Assembly: GCA_905233945.1 (NCBI GenBank)
Contig: CAJOFY010000005.1
Coordinates: 14,698-78,697, forward strand
Reading direction: 5' to 3'
DNA: 64,000 nt
Source: an uncultured bacterium
GTDB taxonomy: Bacteria; UBP6; UBA1177
Shown: positions 11,006 to 21,239 of the stretch, one piece after another
Position numbering within the stretch: position 1 is the stretch's first letter
Layout: every line of letters starts with the position of its first letter
Notes under the pieces: model-generated
What the model was told of the DNA's origin: nothing
Databases searched by the model: none
What the model saw: the letters and a program-made list of their open reading frames with translations, nothing else
Translations under genes and position numbers: made by a program

Positions 11006-12211
11006 ATGAAAAAAATTGCAGTGATTTTAACAGCTTTTGTTATGGCGCTTTTTGTTGTTTCATGCGGCGGCGGCGACAGTGAGACTCCGACGGAGCCGTC
11101 TGGCAACGATACGCCGGATTCCAATACCGAAACTCCGGACGAGGACAAATCTGACAGCGGCAGCACCGAAACACCTGATGCGGCAGCAGATACCGATCCT
11201 GAAACAGATACTGATACAGATTCAAATTCAAACGGTGACGATACTGACACAGAAGAACCGGTCGAAGAAGAAGGCCCGTGTGCAGAAAATCCGTGTGCCG
11301 AAGATGAAACCTGCACGGTTGACGCTACAACAGAAGAAGGCTATATCTGCACATGCATTGAGGGTAAAATCAGGCCGAGCGAAACAGTCTGCGGTTCAAC
11401 ACAGCACGGCAAACTTTATCAGAAATGTGAAAACGGCGACTGGGCAGAAAAATGCACCTGCGATCCCGGCGAATACCCGGAAGTCTGTGGATATTATGCA
11501 CAGAAAATGTGGTTTACCTCAAAATCTAAAGTTTTCACAATCGACCTTGCTGAAGGTTGGACAAGAACATACTTCCACATTGTTCAGGAACAGGAACAGG
11601 ACAAGATCCACATCAAGGCGACATACTGCAACATCAAAATCGACAATTCGATGAGCTCTGTCCTGCAAGTCGTTATGCCGCAGTCCTTCGCGGACGCTCT
11701 GGGAACGGCAGACAAAGAAGCTGTTCTTACAAAAAACGATGACGGCACTTTCGGCTACAAACAGGATATTTTCTGGGAGATCCGCGGAATCGATCCCGCA
11801 TGCTACGGCGACAAACCTGAGGATTACGTTCTTCCGGAAAACTCGAACGATCCTTGTGTTCAGGATTGGGACAACGACGGTCTGCCAGGCATAACCGTCA
11901 CTGCAAAAGGCACAATGAGCGGAACAATGGGTATGGTAGAGAAGTCCTCATCAATAATCCGCGACGGTTACTTTGAAGAAAACGGTGTTTTGAAAGCTTA
12001 TGTTGACTGGACTGACAAGCAGAAAATTCTTTATACGACCAATCAGATGCTCAAAGACGGCTCTGACAACCAGATTAAAGACGAATCCAGCAAATTTGAC
12101 GGTCCGGCGAACTTTATCGAGCAAGTCAAAATCGAAGACGGAAGCGACTGTGCGTTTATCGTTAATAATGCAGGAACGATTTTCTCCCCTGACCCTGTAA
12201 ACCTCAAGTAA
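11006..12211 (+). CDS. Lipoprotein with acidic T/D/E-rich linker and Cys-rich EGF-like module
   Basis: Lipobox VVSC; ~90 aa low-complexity acidic region; CAENPCAEDETCTVD...YICTC Cys pattern; RBS GGAGGA 10 nt after upstream OMP gene. Confidence 0.6.
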   Translation: MKKIAVILTAFVMALFVVSCGGGDSETPTEPSGNDTPDSNTETPDEDKSDSGSTETPDAAADTDPETDTDTDSNSNGDDTDTEEPVEEEGPCAENPCAEDETCTVDATTEEGYICTCIEGKIRPSETVCGSTQHGKLYQKCENGDWAEKCTCDPGEYPEVCGYYAQKMWFTSKSKVFTIDLAEGWTRTYFHIVQEQEQDKIHIKATYCNIKIDNSMSSVLQVVMPQSFADALGTADKEAVLTKNDDGTFGYKQDIFWEIRGIDPACYGDKPEDYVLPENSNDPCVQDWDNDGLPGITVTAKGTMSGTMGMVEKSSSIIRDGYFEENGVLKAYVDWTDKQKILYTTNQMLKDGSDNQIKDESSKFDGPANFIEQVKIEDGSDCAFIVNNAGTIFSPDPVNLK

Positions 12212-12225
12212 GTGACGAAAAATAT

Positions 12226-12253
12226 TTGACAAAAAACATATTATTCATATAGT
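12226..12253 (+). promoter_or_regulatory. Sigma70-like promoter TTGACA-N16-TATAGT; start codon ~8 nt downstream of -10 (possibly leaderless)
   Basis: Near-consensus hexamers directly upstream of ATG 12262. Confidence 0.45.
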
Positions 12254-12261
12254 ATTACGCC

Positions 12262-13185
12262 ATGAGTGATTTTACGATTGAAAAATCATCTTTTCCTATC
12301 CAGCTCGCGAGGCTCGGAAATTCAAGAAATGTTGCAGAATGCAGAGGGGTAATCAAGCGTCTTCTGGAACTTATGAAGCTTGAAGATGCTTATGTCGGCA
12401 AAACATTGGATATTTTTGACGATGTTTACAGTCTTTACTGCGGAAAATTTCCCGGATACAAATCCTGCGACACCGAATATCACGATTTCAGACACGTGGT
12501 TGACGTGACTCTGGCATCAATAAGGATTACCGATTCTTTGATGCTGAGCGGTGAAGAGTTTTCGAAAAACAACATTTTCCTTGTTGCGATTGCGGCGATT
12601 TTCCACGACACGGGCTATATTCCCGAAATCGACGATCCTGTTGAAAACGGCGCTGTTTATACTTCAACGCACGTCAGACGCAGTATGGTTTTTGCAGAAA
12701 AATATATGTCGAAGCGCGGTTACTCCGCTGAAGATATTGAGAAAACCAAAGAGATGATTCTTCTCACCGATCTCAGCGTGAAACTTGCCGACATCAAATT
12801 TTTTGATGCCGAAACCGAAAGATTCGCGAAAATTCTCGCTTCGGCTGACCTTATAGGACAGATGGCCGACAGAATCTATCTCGAAAAACTTCTTTTCCTT
12901 TACCGCGAATTTGAGATGGGAAACATTCCGTTCTACACGTCGGAAGAGGATCTTCTCATGAAAACCATCGGTTTCTTCAAAATCATGGAAGACCGTCTGA
13001 CAAACACTCTTGACGGCGTCAACGCGAAACTTCTTATCCATTTCCAGAAAAGATACGATATCGACGAGGATCTTTACCGCAAAGGGATGAACAACAACCT
13101 TTCGTATCTCACAAAAATACTTGAGGAACACCCCGGACACCACAGAGAGTTCCTCCGCCGCGACAATATGGTGAAAAAGCTCTGA
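12262..13185 (+). CDS. HD-domain phosphohydrolase family protein
   Basis: H..HD..H..D pattern (YHDFRHVVDV, IFHDTGY, THVRR, ADLIGQ). Confidence 0.45.
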   Translation: MSDFTIEKSSFPIQLARLGNSRNVAECRGVIKRLLELMKLEDAYVGKTLDIFDDVYSLYCGKFPGYKSCDTEYHDFRHVVDVTLASIRITDSLMLSGEEFSKNNIFLVAIAAIFHDTGYIPEIDDPVENGAVYTSTHVRRSMVFAEKYMSKRGYSAEDIEKTKEMILLTDLSVKLADIKFFDAETERFAKILASADLIGQMADRIYLEKLLFLYREFEMGNIPFYTSEEDLLMKTIGFFKIMEDRLTNTLDGVNAKLLIHFQKRYDIDEDLYRKGMNNNLSYLTKILEEHPGHHREFLRRDNMVKKL

Positions 13186-13225
13186 TTTTTCCGATATTTA
13201 AACAAATTCAACTTTTGGAGTTGCT

Positions 13226-15088
13226 ATGAAAAAAATCACTTTCCTTCTTCTTTTTGTTTTATTCTGCATCGTTTCATGCTCGTCAAAAAATGAAAAACCT
13301 GTCACTGAAGCAGAAAAAGAAGCTGTGAAACCAGCTGAAAAACCGAAACTGATCACGGACTACATCGGAATCGAAACATCCTATTCCGGTTATCTTATGG
13401 AAAACGGCTCAAAACTTTACATTGCGAGGAAAGGCAACGCAGCCCAGCTCTACCTCGAATCTGCCGACGGGAAAGAGGAAAAGCAGCTCACTTTTCTTGA
13501 TGATGCGGTCGAGGATTATACGCTGAGTCCCGATGAGTCGCAGCTTATTTTTACAGCTGCAAAAGGCGGCAACGAGCAGTATGATTTCTATCTTTACTCT
13601 TTCAAAACGGGAAAATACGAGCCGCTTCTCGCCGACGATGCTGTGCGCTACGAAGATCCAATATGGCTGAACGAAAACGAGATTCTGTATGCTTCAAACG
13701 AGGCCAACGGAAAGGATTTTTACATCTATCACTTTGATATTGCTGCGAAAAAACGGACTTTGCTTGTCGAGAAAAAAGGCTTCAACAATATCAGCGACGC
13801 CATCTCGAAAGACGATTTCCTTTTCTATACCTACGAAAGCAACATGAAAACCGTTCCGTACCGTTTTCAGAACGGTAAGGCGAAAAAAATGAAAGTCTCC
13901 GATGAAAACAAAAAATATATTCCGGTTGCCTATTTCGACGGCGGTATTCTGATGAAGACAAACGAAAAAAATGACATGGAATACCTTGAAATTGTTCTTG
14001 ATTTTGCCAAAAAACCGGTTTTTGAGGACAAATGGGGCGTTGAATCGGTCGTTGTTGACAAAAAAAGCCGCGACGAAGCCGTTTTCTGCACGAACGAGGA
14101 AGGTTACAGCAGGTGTTTCCACTACAAAAAAGGGGAAATCAAGCCGCTTGATTTCGGTAAATCACTGGTCGGCCTGAACTCGCTTAAAAACGGAAAACTG
14201 GTTCTGAAAGTTTCTTCCGAAGGCGCGATCCCTCAACCGCAAGTATTTGATTTAACTGCTGAAACAACGCAGAAATTCGGCTATTTCAATACAAACGGAA
14301 TCGATGTTTCCAAGTTTGCCTCTCCCGAGCTCAGAAAGGTAAAAAGTTTCGACGGAGAGGAAATTCCCTATTTCCTTTATCTGCCGAAAACGGGAAAAGC
14401 GCCTTTTCCGACAATCGTTTACTTTCACGGCGGGCCGGAAGGACAGTTCAGACCTGGTTTCACGACGCAGTTCCAGTACTATCTTTCAAAAGGGATTGCC
14501 GTTGTAGCGCCGAATGTCCGCGGATCATCGGGCTACGGCAGAAGATATATGGATCTTGACAACTACAAACTCCGCATGGATTCTGTGCGTGACGGAGGAG
14601 CGGTTCTGGAAGATCTGGTAAAAAGCGGCATTTCAAAACCGAACGGATTCATTGCAAACGGCGGAAGTTACGGCGGATTCATGACAGTCGCATCAATGGC
14701 GCAGTTTGCCGATGACTACATCTGCGGAATCGACAATGTCGGAGTTGTTGACCTTATAAATTTCCTTGAAAATACATCAAGTTACCGACGTCATCTGCGC
14801 GAAGCCGAATACGGGCCGCTTACCGACAGGGAGTTCCTGGCTTCGATTTCTCCAACAAACATGGTCGATAAAATCAAAGGAGAGCTTTTCGTTTTCCACG
14901 GTGCGAACGATCCGCGTGTCCCGGTGAGTGATGCCTACATTCTGATTGATAAAATGAAAAAAGCGGGCAGAAAAGTGCAGAAGTATATTTTTGAGGATGA
15001 AGGACACGGCTACCGCAAAAAGGCAAACCGCGAAGTCTACTTCCTTAAAAGTGCAGAATTCATTGAAAACTGTGTTAAGAGTAAATAA
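13226..15088 (+). CDS. S9 family serine peptidase (prolyl oligopeptidase/acylaminoacyl-peptidase-like) lipoprotein
   Basis: Lipobox IVSCSS; N-terminal beta-propeller-like region; catalytic triad context GGSYGG, HGANDPRV, EDEGHG. Confidence 0.75.
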   Translation: MKKITFLLLFVLFCIVSCSSKNEKPVTEAEKEAVKPAEKPKLITDYIGIETSYSGYLMENGSKLYIARKGNAAQLYLESADGKEEKQLTFLDDAVEDYTLSPDESQLIFTAAKGGNEQYDFYLYSFKTGKYEPLLADDAVRYEDPIWLNENEILYASNEANGKDFYIYHFDIAAKKRTLLVEKKGFNNISDAISKDDFLFYTYESNMKTVPYRFQNGKAKKMKVSDENKKYIPVAYFDGGILMKTNEKNDMEYLEIVLDFAKKPVFEDKWGVESVVVDKKSRDEAVFCTNEEGYSRCFHYKKGEIKPLDFGKSLVGLNSLKNGKLVLKVSSEGAIPQPQVFDLTAETTQKFGYFNTNGIDVSKFASPELRKVKSFDGEEIPYFLYLPKTGKAPFPTIVYFHGGPEGQFRPGFTTQFQYYLSKGIAVVAPNVRGSSGYGRRYMDLDNYKLRMDSVRDGGAVLEDLVKSGISKPNGFIANGGSYGGFMTVASMAQFADDYICGIDNVGVVDLINFLENTSSYRRHLREAEYGPLTDREFLASISPTNMVDKIKGELFVFHGANDPRVPVSDAYILIDKMKKAGRKVQKYIFEDEGHGYRKKANREVYFLKSAEFIENCVKSK

Positions 15089-15963
15089 TGGATAATATTA
15101 AACTTTTTCACGACTTTCTGCTCCACGAGAAACGCTATTCCATAAAAACAGCAGATTCATACTGTCTTGATATAGAGCTTATGCGGCGTTATTTTGCAGA
15201 ACTTGATCTTGATCTCACCGAACTGTCGAAAGACGATTTGAAAGACTATCTCGGATCGATTTATTCCGAGGTCAAGGCATCGTCGCTCCGGCGTAAAATC
15301 GTGTCGATAAGGCAGTTTTACCTTCTTCTGCATAAACGTAAAATTATTGAGGATAATCCGGCACTTACGCTGACAGGTCCGAAAAAGGACGGAGTCCTTC
15401 CAGGTGCTCTGACGCGTGACGAGATGGCTAAACTTATCGAATACAACTATCCGCAGAACCTCAAAGGGCTGCGCGACCGTGCGATAATCGAGATGCTTTA
15501 CAGCAGCGGAGTCCGTGTGGGCGAGCTTGTTTCACTAAAAATCAAGGATATGGATTTTAAGGGAAAAACGGTCAATGTCCTTGGAAAAGGCAAAAAGGAG
15601 AGACTGCTTCCTGTAACGAGCCAGGCCCTTGATTCTATTGAGAATTATCTTATGAAACGACCGACCGGCAAAGATAAGGATTCAATAATTTTCTGCAATC
15701 TGAAAGGGGGGCAGCTGACCGAGCGCGGCGTGCAGTTTATCATCGATACTCTTGCAAGAAACTGCGGAATTTACCGCAAAATCACTCCCCACATGCTGCG
15801 TCACAGTTTTGCGACCCATTTTTTGGAAAACGGTATGAATCTAAGATACCTGCAGGCTCTTCTGGGGCACAGCAACCTTTCTACGACAGAAATCTACACT
15901 CACCTTTCGATTGAGGAACTCACAAAAGTTTACCGCAAGGCGCATCCAGGCTCGAAGAGCTGA
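15088..15963 (+). CDS. Tyrosine site-specific recombinase, XerC/XerD family
   Basis: Core-binding N-terminal domain; catalytic region LRHSFATHFLENGMNLRYLQALLGHSNLSTTEIYTH with active-site Tyr. Confidence 0.8.
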   Translation: MDNIKLFHDFLLHEKRYSIKTADSYCLDIELMRRYFAELDLDLTELSKDDLKDYLGSIYSEVKASSLRRKIVSIRQFYLLLHKRKIIEDNPALTLTGPKKDGVLPGALTRDEMAKLIEYNYPQNLKGLRDRAIIEMLYSSGVRVGELVSLKIKDMDFKGKTVNVLGKGKKERLLPVTSQALDSIENYLMKRPTGKDKDSIIFCNLKGGQLTERGVQFIIDTLARNCGIYRKITPHMLRHSFATHFLENGMNLRYLQALLGHSNLSTTEIYTHLSIEELTKVYRKAHPGSKS

Positions 15964-15972
15964 AAAATTCAA

Positions 15973-16875
15973 TTATTTTATCAGACTAAATTCAAAATCG
16001 GCGAAAAATGTCGGGACAAACTTGCCTTCGGTAAAACCGGAATCCTTGAGTACGCTGTAGTTCATCCCGATTCCTGCTCCAAGAGCAAACCAGCTGAAAA
16101 TAGTGTAACTTCCTCCCGCTTCGATTCCCAATGACCAGTCGTTGAAATTGGAATTTGCGGTATTGTCCCAGATTTTTTTGTAACCGAGCCCCGCTTTCAG
16201 TGCGAAATCGCTTATTTTGTAAAATCCTCCGGCAGTGATGCCCAGCGAATATGCACGCTGCTGGGAAATGCTGTAGTCTGTTCCTACCGAAAGAGTTGAA
16301 TAGAGGTTGGCGTAGTTCACGCGGATTCCGGTATTCAGCATCGGGTCGAACTCTGTATCGTGCTGCGTCTGGAGAATAAGATCGACTGAAAGTGATGATG
16401 AGTCATCTTCTTTAATGATTTCAGGCTCTTTGTCGGCTTTTACAACTTTTTTATCCTCTCTTTTCTCCTCTTTTCCATAAATTGGATAATCGTACCTGGG
16501 AGTTGTTCCGTAGTATTCGCCCCAGTTTTTTGAAGCTGGATTGTATTCCTCTTTCTGCGGCTCATCTTCCTTTGGTTTCGCTTCAAAAACTTCTGTTTCA
16601 GCCTCTTCGGGCCCGGTTTTGTCACTTATTTCATGTACTTTTTCTGGAATTTTCTTTGTTTTTTCCTCTTTCCCGGCACTTTTTTCAGCTGGTTCGGTTT
16701 CTTTTTCCTCTTTTTCTGGTTCTTCTGCCAGATCGGCGAAAACAGCCTTTTCCCAGCCAGGCGCACTTTCTCCTTCGCTTATTTCGACAGTCAGTTCAAA
16801 AGGCTTTTCCTCTTCTGGAAAAACAGTAAATGAAATTAAAAAAAGACTAATAAAAACAAATAATTGAAATTTCAA
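15973..16875 (-). CDS. Putative outer-membrane beta-barrel domain protein with K/E-rich N-terminal region
   Basis: Signal peptide; ~140 aa charged K/E/P-rich low-complexity segment; C-terminal amphipathic beta-strand pattern (GLGYKKIW..., GGSYTIFSWFALGAGIGMNYS). Confidence 0.45.
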   Translation of the reverse strand: MKFQLFVFISLFLISFTVFPEEEKPFELTVEISEGESAPGWEKAVFADLAEEPEKEEKETEPAEKSAGKEEKTKKIPEKVHEISDKTGPEEAETEVFEAKPKEDEPQKEEYNPASKNWGEYYGTTPRYDYPIYGKEEKREDKKVVKADKEPEIIKEDDSSSLSVDLILQTQHDTEFDPMLNTGIRVNYANLYSTLSVGTDYSISQQRAYSLGITAGGFYKISDFALKAGLGYKKIWDNTANSNFNDWSLGIEAGGSYTIFSWFALGAGIGMNYSVLKDSGFTEGKFVPTFFADFEFSLIK

Positions 16876-16881
16876 AGCATC

Positions 16882-17493
16882 TTAGTTCAAAGGTGACGGA
16901 GCAAAAATGAACATCGAAACTTTAGTCTCATTTTTCTGCGCGTCAAGAACTATTTTGTGCTTGTGCGAATAGTTTGAATATTCAGCCGTTGTTCTGATTT
17001 CCATTCTGCCATTTTTTTCGATCTTAACGACAAAAGGTATTGAATTTGTTCCTTTTTTCAGATTGCCACTCCACTCGTGGCGGCGTGTGTTTCTGATTGT
17101 TTCATTCGATGAAAGAAACGAGACTCCTTCGTCAAGTTCGATGGAAAACTTAACATTTTCAAGGTCTTGAGCCGCATCGTAGAGAAGGTTTATTGTCACT
17201 GGATTACCTGTTGCAACAACTGATTCCGAAATTTTTTCACCATTTTTGGTTTCTTCGGGAGTGAAAAATAAAACTGCAAGAATAATCACGAAAACTGCAG
17301 CAATTGCCGAAAGAGGTTTTAAAAACGCGATGAATCTGGCGTGTCTTTTTTTGACTGAGGCAGCTTTTTCAAGCCGTGAATTGATTCTTTCACGGAACTC
17401 ATCCGTGATTTCATCGTCTGATTTTCTGTAAGATTTCAATAACTTGCCGTATTCTTCCGGTAGTTCGGCAAAGTTCGGTTTTTCCTTTTCCAT
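16882..17493 (-). CDS. Single-pass membrane protein (cytoplasmic N-terminus, periplasmic C-terminal domain), function unknown
   Basis: One hydrophobic helix LKPLSAIAAVFVIILAVLFF; likely co-transcribed with the downstream OMP-like gene (7-nt gap). Confidence 0.4.
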   Translation of the reverse strand: MEKEKPNFAELPEEYGKLLKSYRKSDDEITDEFRERINSRLEKAASVKKRHARFIAFLKPLSAIAAVFVIILAVLFFTPEETKNGEKISESVVATGNPVTINLLYDAAQDLENVKFSIELDEGVSFLSSNETIRNTRRHEWSGNLKKGTNSIPFVVKIEKNGRMEIRTTAEYSNYSHKHKIVLDAQKNETKVSMFIFAPSPLN

Positions 17494-17581
17494 AATGACC
17501 TCAATTAAACAACATCAATACGACTTGAAATATTATTTTTGGTTACACATTAGCGGAAAAATGGCAAAATTTTTGCAGGAA

Positions 17582-18868
17582 TCACCAAAAAAGATGGCAG
17601 AAAGCGACTGCCGCCATAATTCCGGCGAAATCGGCGCAAAGTGCCGCAGGAAGGGCATGCCTGCTGTTTTTGATACTTACTGCACCGAAATAGAGGGCTA
17701 AAACGTAGAAAGTTGTTTCAGTCGAACCCTGCATAACCGAAACAAGGAAAGAAAGGAACGAATCAGGATCGTTCTCGACGATGCTGCTCATTATTCCAAA
17801 GGCTCCGCTGCCCGAAAGAGGCCTCATAAGTGCCATCGGAAGAGCTTCTGCGGGCATTCCGACAAGACTTGTGAGGGGGTTTAGGAGATTGATCATTATC
17901 TCCATCGCGCCGCTTGCCTTGAACATTCCGACTGCCGCGAAAATCGCGACCATGAAAGGAATTATTCTGACTGCGGTGTTAAAGCCTTCCTTCGCGCCGA
18001 TGCAGAGGGTTTCATAAATTTTCACGTTCCGCAGATAACCGAAAAGAAGTATCACTGTGATAATGAGCGGAATAAGCCAGTCTGAAACTGTTTTAACGAT
18101 GCTCGTAAATGAAAGCGCGTTTTTGTCTGTTGTTACGATTTGGTAAACCATCCCGGAAAAAATCGCTGAAATGAAAAGAAATGCTGCGATTTTCTGCTTC
18201 AGACTTGCCTTAACTTTCGGTTTTTCTTCAGATTTTGTTGTGACTTCGGTGACTTCTTCTGTTGTCGCACAGTCAGGAGTTGTCCTCTGTAAGAGTTTTG
18301 ACATGATTATGGCGACTGTCGTTGAAACGATTGTCGCAAGAAGTGTAGGAATCAGTATTGAAGCTGGGTCTTTCGCTCCTGCTGAGGCACGGATCGTTAT
18401 TACGCCGAGCGGAAGCAGAGTTACACTTGAAGTGTTTATCGCGAGGAAAAGACACATCGCGTTTGTAGCGCGCCCTTTTTTTCCGTTCAGTTTGTCGAGT
18501 TCCTGCATCGCGTTGATTCCGAAAGGGGTCGCAGCGTTTCCCATTCCGAGCATGTTTGCCGACATATTCATCACGATTGCACCTATTGCGGGGTGGTTTT
18601 TCGGAATTTCGGGAAAAAGTTTTGACATTACTGGGGCTACGATTTTAGCAATCAGATTAAGCGCTCCAGCTTCTTCAAGAATTTTCATCATCCCGAGCCA
18701 GAAAGCCATTGCACCGATAAGACCTATCGCCAGTTTGACAGCTGCTTTGGATTCTTCGAAAAGGGCAAGAGAAAGGTCGCTCATTTTGCCAAGCCATGCT
18801 GCCGAGGCGATAGAAATTAAGATTATAGAAATCCAGATAATGTTTATCGGGGAAGCTTTTTCTTTCAT
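17582..18868 (-). CDS. Nucleoside-recognition (Gate) domain membrane protein, SpmA/SpmB / YjiH-like
   Basis: Polytopic membrane protein with duplicated Gate-domain pattern (GMGNAATPFGINAMQEL...); ~428 aa. Confidence 0.55.
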   Translation of the reverse strand: MKEKASPINIIWISIILISIASAAWLGKMSDLSLALFEESKAAVKLAIGLIGAMAFWLGMMKILEEAGALNLIAKIVAPVMSKLFPEIPKNHPAIGAIVMNMSANMLGMGNAATPFGINAMQELDKLNGKKGRATNAMCLFLAINTSSVTLLPLGVITIRASAGAKDPASILIPTLLATIVSTTVAIIMSKLLQRTTPDCATTEEVTEVTTKSEEKPKVKASLKQKIAAFLFISAIFSGMVYQIVTTDKNALSFTSIVKTVSDWLIPLIITVILLFGYLRNVKIYETLCIGAKEGFNTAVRIIPFMVAIFAAVGMFKASGAMEIMINLLNPLTSLVGMPAEALPMALMRPLSGSGAFGIMSSIVENDPDSFLSFLVSVMQGSTETTFYVLALYFGAVSIKNSRHALPAALCADFAGIMAAVAFCHLFW

Positions 18869-18878
18869 TTTTTCAGTA

Positions 18879-21224
18879 TTATTCGTCAGAGTTCAGCATC
18901 AAAATGCGTTTGCCGCGGCCGCATTCATCAGGAGCGGTCTGGTTCTGCGAGAAAGCCGTAGGATCTATTTCGCCGATTTGGTCAAAGAAATCAACGACCG
19001 CATCACGCAGCGAAACCGATGTGTCAAGGCGTGTCGTATTGGCTTCGAGCATGTAGAATCCGCTGCCGCCGCGACCCATGTAATCGTTTGTCGCCATCTT
19101 GAAAAGCATGTTGGGAAGAAGAACTTTGTAGTCTTTGATGACATCGGTGTCACCGATTTTGAGGCACTTCGTCAAAGCGAAGGAGCTGGATTCTCCGAGT
19201 TCTTCCAAGAGCTTCTGGCTCGGATTGCAGTTGAGTTCGACACTCATCCCGGCAACCTGAACCTGTGTTTTGCAGCCGCGTGACGCTGATTTTCTCGCAA
19301 CAAAGTCAAAAAGGGTCTTCAGTTCGTTTCCGCTCAGATACATTGTGGTGATCGAGTTTTCGAACGGGAAGACTTCATAAAGTTTTTCAAGGGATATCTC
19401 ACCTGTCGGAATGTCTGCCCTGATACCCATCGAGTTCGTTACGCAGAACTGAGCTCTTACAAGTTCGTGGTTCATCATGGCAGTCGTTACGATATTTCCG
19501 AGCGGACTGTCGCCGTTGGCCGGGTCGTTTCTGACAATCGTCGAAATTGCATATCCGACTTTTTTCTGGATATACTGCGAGTAGTCAAGTCCCTGTACAT
19601 AAGGTCTCAGCATATTTATGAAATCGCCGTTTTCGGCAACTTTTTCAGTAATCGGGATCGTCCGGTATTTGTGCCATACAATGTGCCTGTTCTGCACGGC
19701 AATCTCAAGTTCGCCTATGACTTTGAGGTTTACGCCGCTGTGGATCACGATGACATCTCTTCCGTCAGGTCCTTTGAGAACTTTCGGCGGATCAAGGACA
19801 ACGTGATGGTGACCGCCGAGAATGAGGTCTACGCCTTTGACGTTTTCCGCGATTCTGTAGTCGCCGTCAAGTCCCTGGTGAGAAAGGACAACGACTATAT
19901 CGACAAGCGGACGCAGACTGTTGACGTAACTCTGCGTCGTTTCAATCGGGTCGAGGAAGTTGAATCCGACGCTGCCGCCTACCTGGTAGCCCGAGTTGAT
20001 CGAGCTGTCGTTTGCGACTCCGACAATACCGATGGTCAGACCGCCCGCCATCGCAATCAGATACGGCGAGGAAATATCCATCAGTCCTTTGTGACCGTCA
20101 TAGTCAAAAAGATAGTTCGAGGCAAGAAGCGGGAATCCGCCCGACTTTCTGTAAGCCGAGACAAGTCCTCCGGTGCCGTTGTCGAACTCGTGGTTTCCGA
20201 TAACCATCGCATCGACTCCGAGTTTCTGCATCGAAAGCATCTCAACGTCGCCTTTGTAGAGGTTGAATTCGGGAGCGCCCTGGAAAGTGTCGCCGCTGTC
20301 AAGGTAGAGCACCGGAACGCCGTCACGCTCGTGTTTGGCCCTGATTTCGTCAATAATGGTTTTTGCTCTTGCGATTCCGCCTGTATTGATTAGGCCGGGG
20401 CGGTAGTCGGAGTAGTCGCATTTTCCGTCGCGGTTGATGTCTTCGCTGTTCGCTTCAGCTTCGGTCATTGCCTTATTGTATGCGCTGTCACTGTCGTAAT
20501 TCTTGCGCAAAATCAGTTTTCCGTCTTTACCGCGCCAGGTTTGTCTCAGCGAATCGTAAGGATAATCGCAATTCCCGTTGTGGTTGCGGTCAAAAACAAG
20601 GGCGCAGTCGTAGGTGTCGCACAAGCCGTCGAAGTTCAGGTCCTCGTGTTTGTCACAGCTGCCGTTGCCGTTTTTGTCCCAGCAGGTGAGGTAAGTGCCC
20701 GACTCAAAACAGTCGCCGGAACTGCATCCGTAGTGCTCGTCAATATCCTCGTCAGGGTCACAGATGTTGTTTTTGTTCTTGTCCCAGCATCTCTGGCAGT
20801 CAAGAATATCGCATCTGCCGTCCTCGTTGATGTCTTCGATTACAAGCCCTTTTGCTATCGAATCTGCGGCGTAGTAGCCTTTTTCTTTGAGCTCGTCCTT
20901 TGTGTAGTAGACATATTTTCCGCTTTCATAGACCTGATATTTTCCGGTGGCTTCATTGTATGCACCGTTGCAGTATGAGCCGGCGCCGCTGTAGTCAAGA
21001 TCCCAGCACGGCGGATTTTTCGACTGAAGCCCCATGTTTCTGTCGAACATATTCGGTTCCATCCAGAACGGAAGATACTTTCCGTGGGTATCGGTCGTGT
21101 GGATGAAAACCATTTTCCGCGGGATTCCATCGTCAACCGGGGTTCCGCCGTTGCTGCTGTCAAAGCATGATGTCAGAAGAAAGCATGAAAAAAAAAAGGA
21201 AGCAAAAATTCTGAAAGATTTCAT
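18879..21224 (-). CDS. Bifunctional metallophosphatase/5'-nucleotidase lipoprotein with Cys/Asp-rich Ca-binding-like insertion
   Basis: Lipobox LLTSC; IHTTDTHG and GNHEFD metallophosphatase motifs; C-terminal 5'-nucleotidase substrate-binding domain; ~230-aa insert with repeated DxDxDGxCD motifs. Confidence 0.75.
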   Translation of the reverse strand: MKSFRIFASFFFSCFLLTSCFDSSNGGTPVDDGIPRKMVFIHTTDTHGKYLPFWMEPNMFDRNMGLQSKNPPCWDLDYSGAGSYCNGAYNEATGKYQVYESGKYVYYTKDELKEKGYYAADSIAKGLVIEDINEDGRCDILDCQRCWDKNKNNICDPDEDIDEHYGCSSGDCFESGTYLTCWDKNGNGSCDKHEDLNFDGLCDTYDCALVFDRNHNGNCDYPYDSLRQTWRGKDGKLILRKNYDSDSAYNKAMTEAEANSEDINRDGKCDYSDYRPGLINTGGIARAKTIIDEIRAKHERDGVPVLYLDSGDTFQGAPEFNLYKGDVEMLSMQKLGVDAMVIGNHEFDNGTGGLVSAYRKSGGFPLLASNYLFDYDGHKGLMDISSPYLIAMAGGLTIGIVGVANDSSINSGYQVGGSVGFNFLDPIETTQSYVNSLRPLVDIVVVLSHQGLDGDYRIAENVKGVDLILGGHHHVVLDPPKVLKGPDGRDVIVIHSGVNLKVIGELEIAVQNRHIVWHKYRTIPITEKVAENGDFINMLRPYVQGLDYSQYIQKKVGYAISTIVRNDPANGDSPLGNIVTTAMMNHELVRAQFCVTNSMGIRADIPTGEISLEKLYEVFPFENSITTMYLSGNELKTLFDFVARKSASRGCKTQVQVAGMSVELNCNPSQKLLEELGESSSFALTKCLKIGDTDVIKDYKVLLPNMLFKMATNDYMGRGGSGFYMLEANTTRLDTSVSLRDAVVDFFDQIGEIDPTAFSQNQTAPDECGRGKRILMLNSDE

Positions 21225-21239
21225 AGAATCCTCAAAAAG

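Noticed and set aside
11037-11654. 205-aa alternative-frame ORF overlapping the lipoprotein gene
   Set aside because: It is an out-of-frame translation of the acidic repeat region (basic, R/K-rich low complexity). The lipoprotein frame has a signal peptide, lipobox and SD.
16440-16867. Several plus-strand ORFs (16482..16829, 16541..16867, 16633..16833) within the K/E-rich region
   Set aside because: They are low-complexity mirror translations of the charged repeat region of the minus-strand OMP-like gene.
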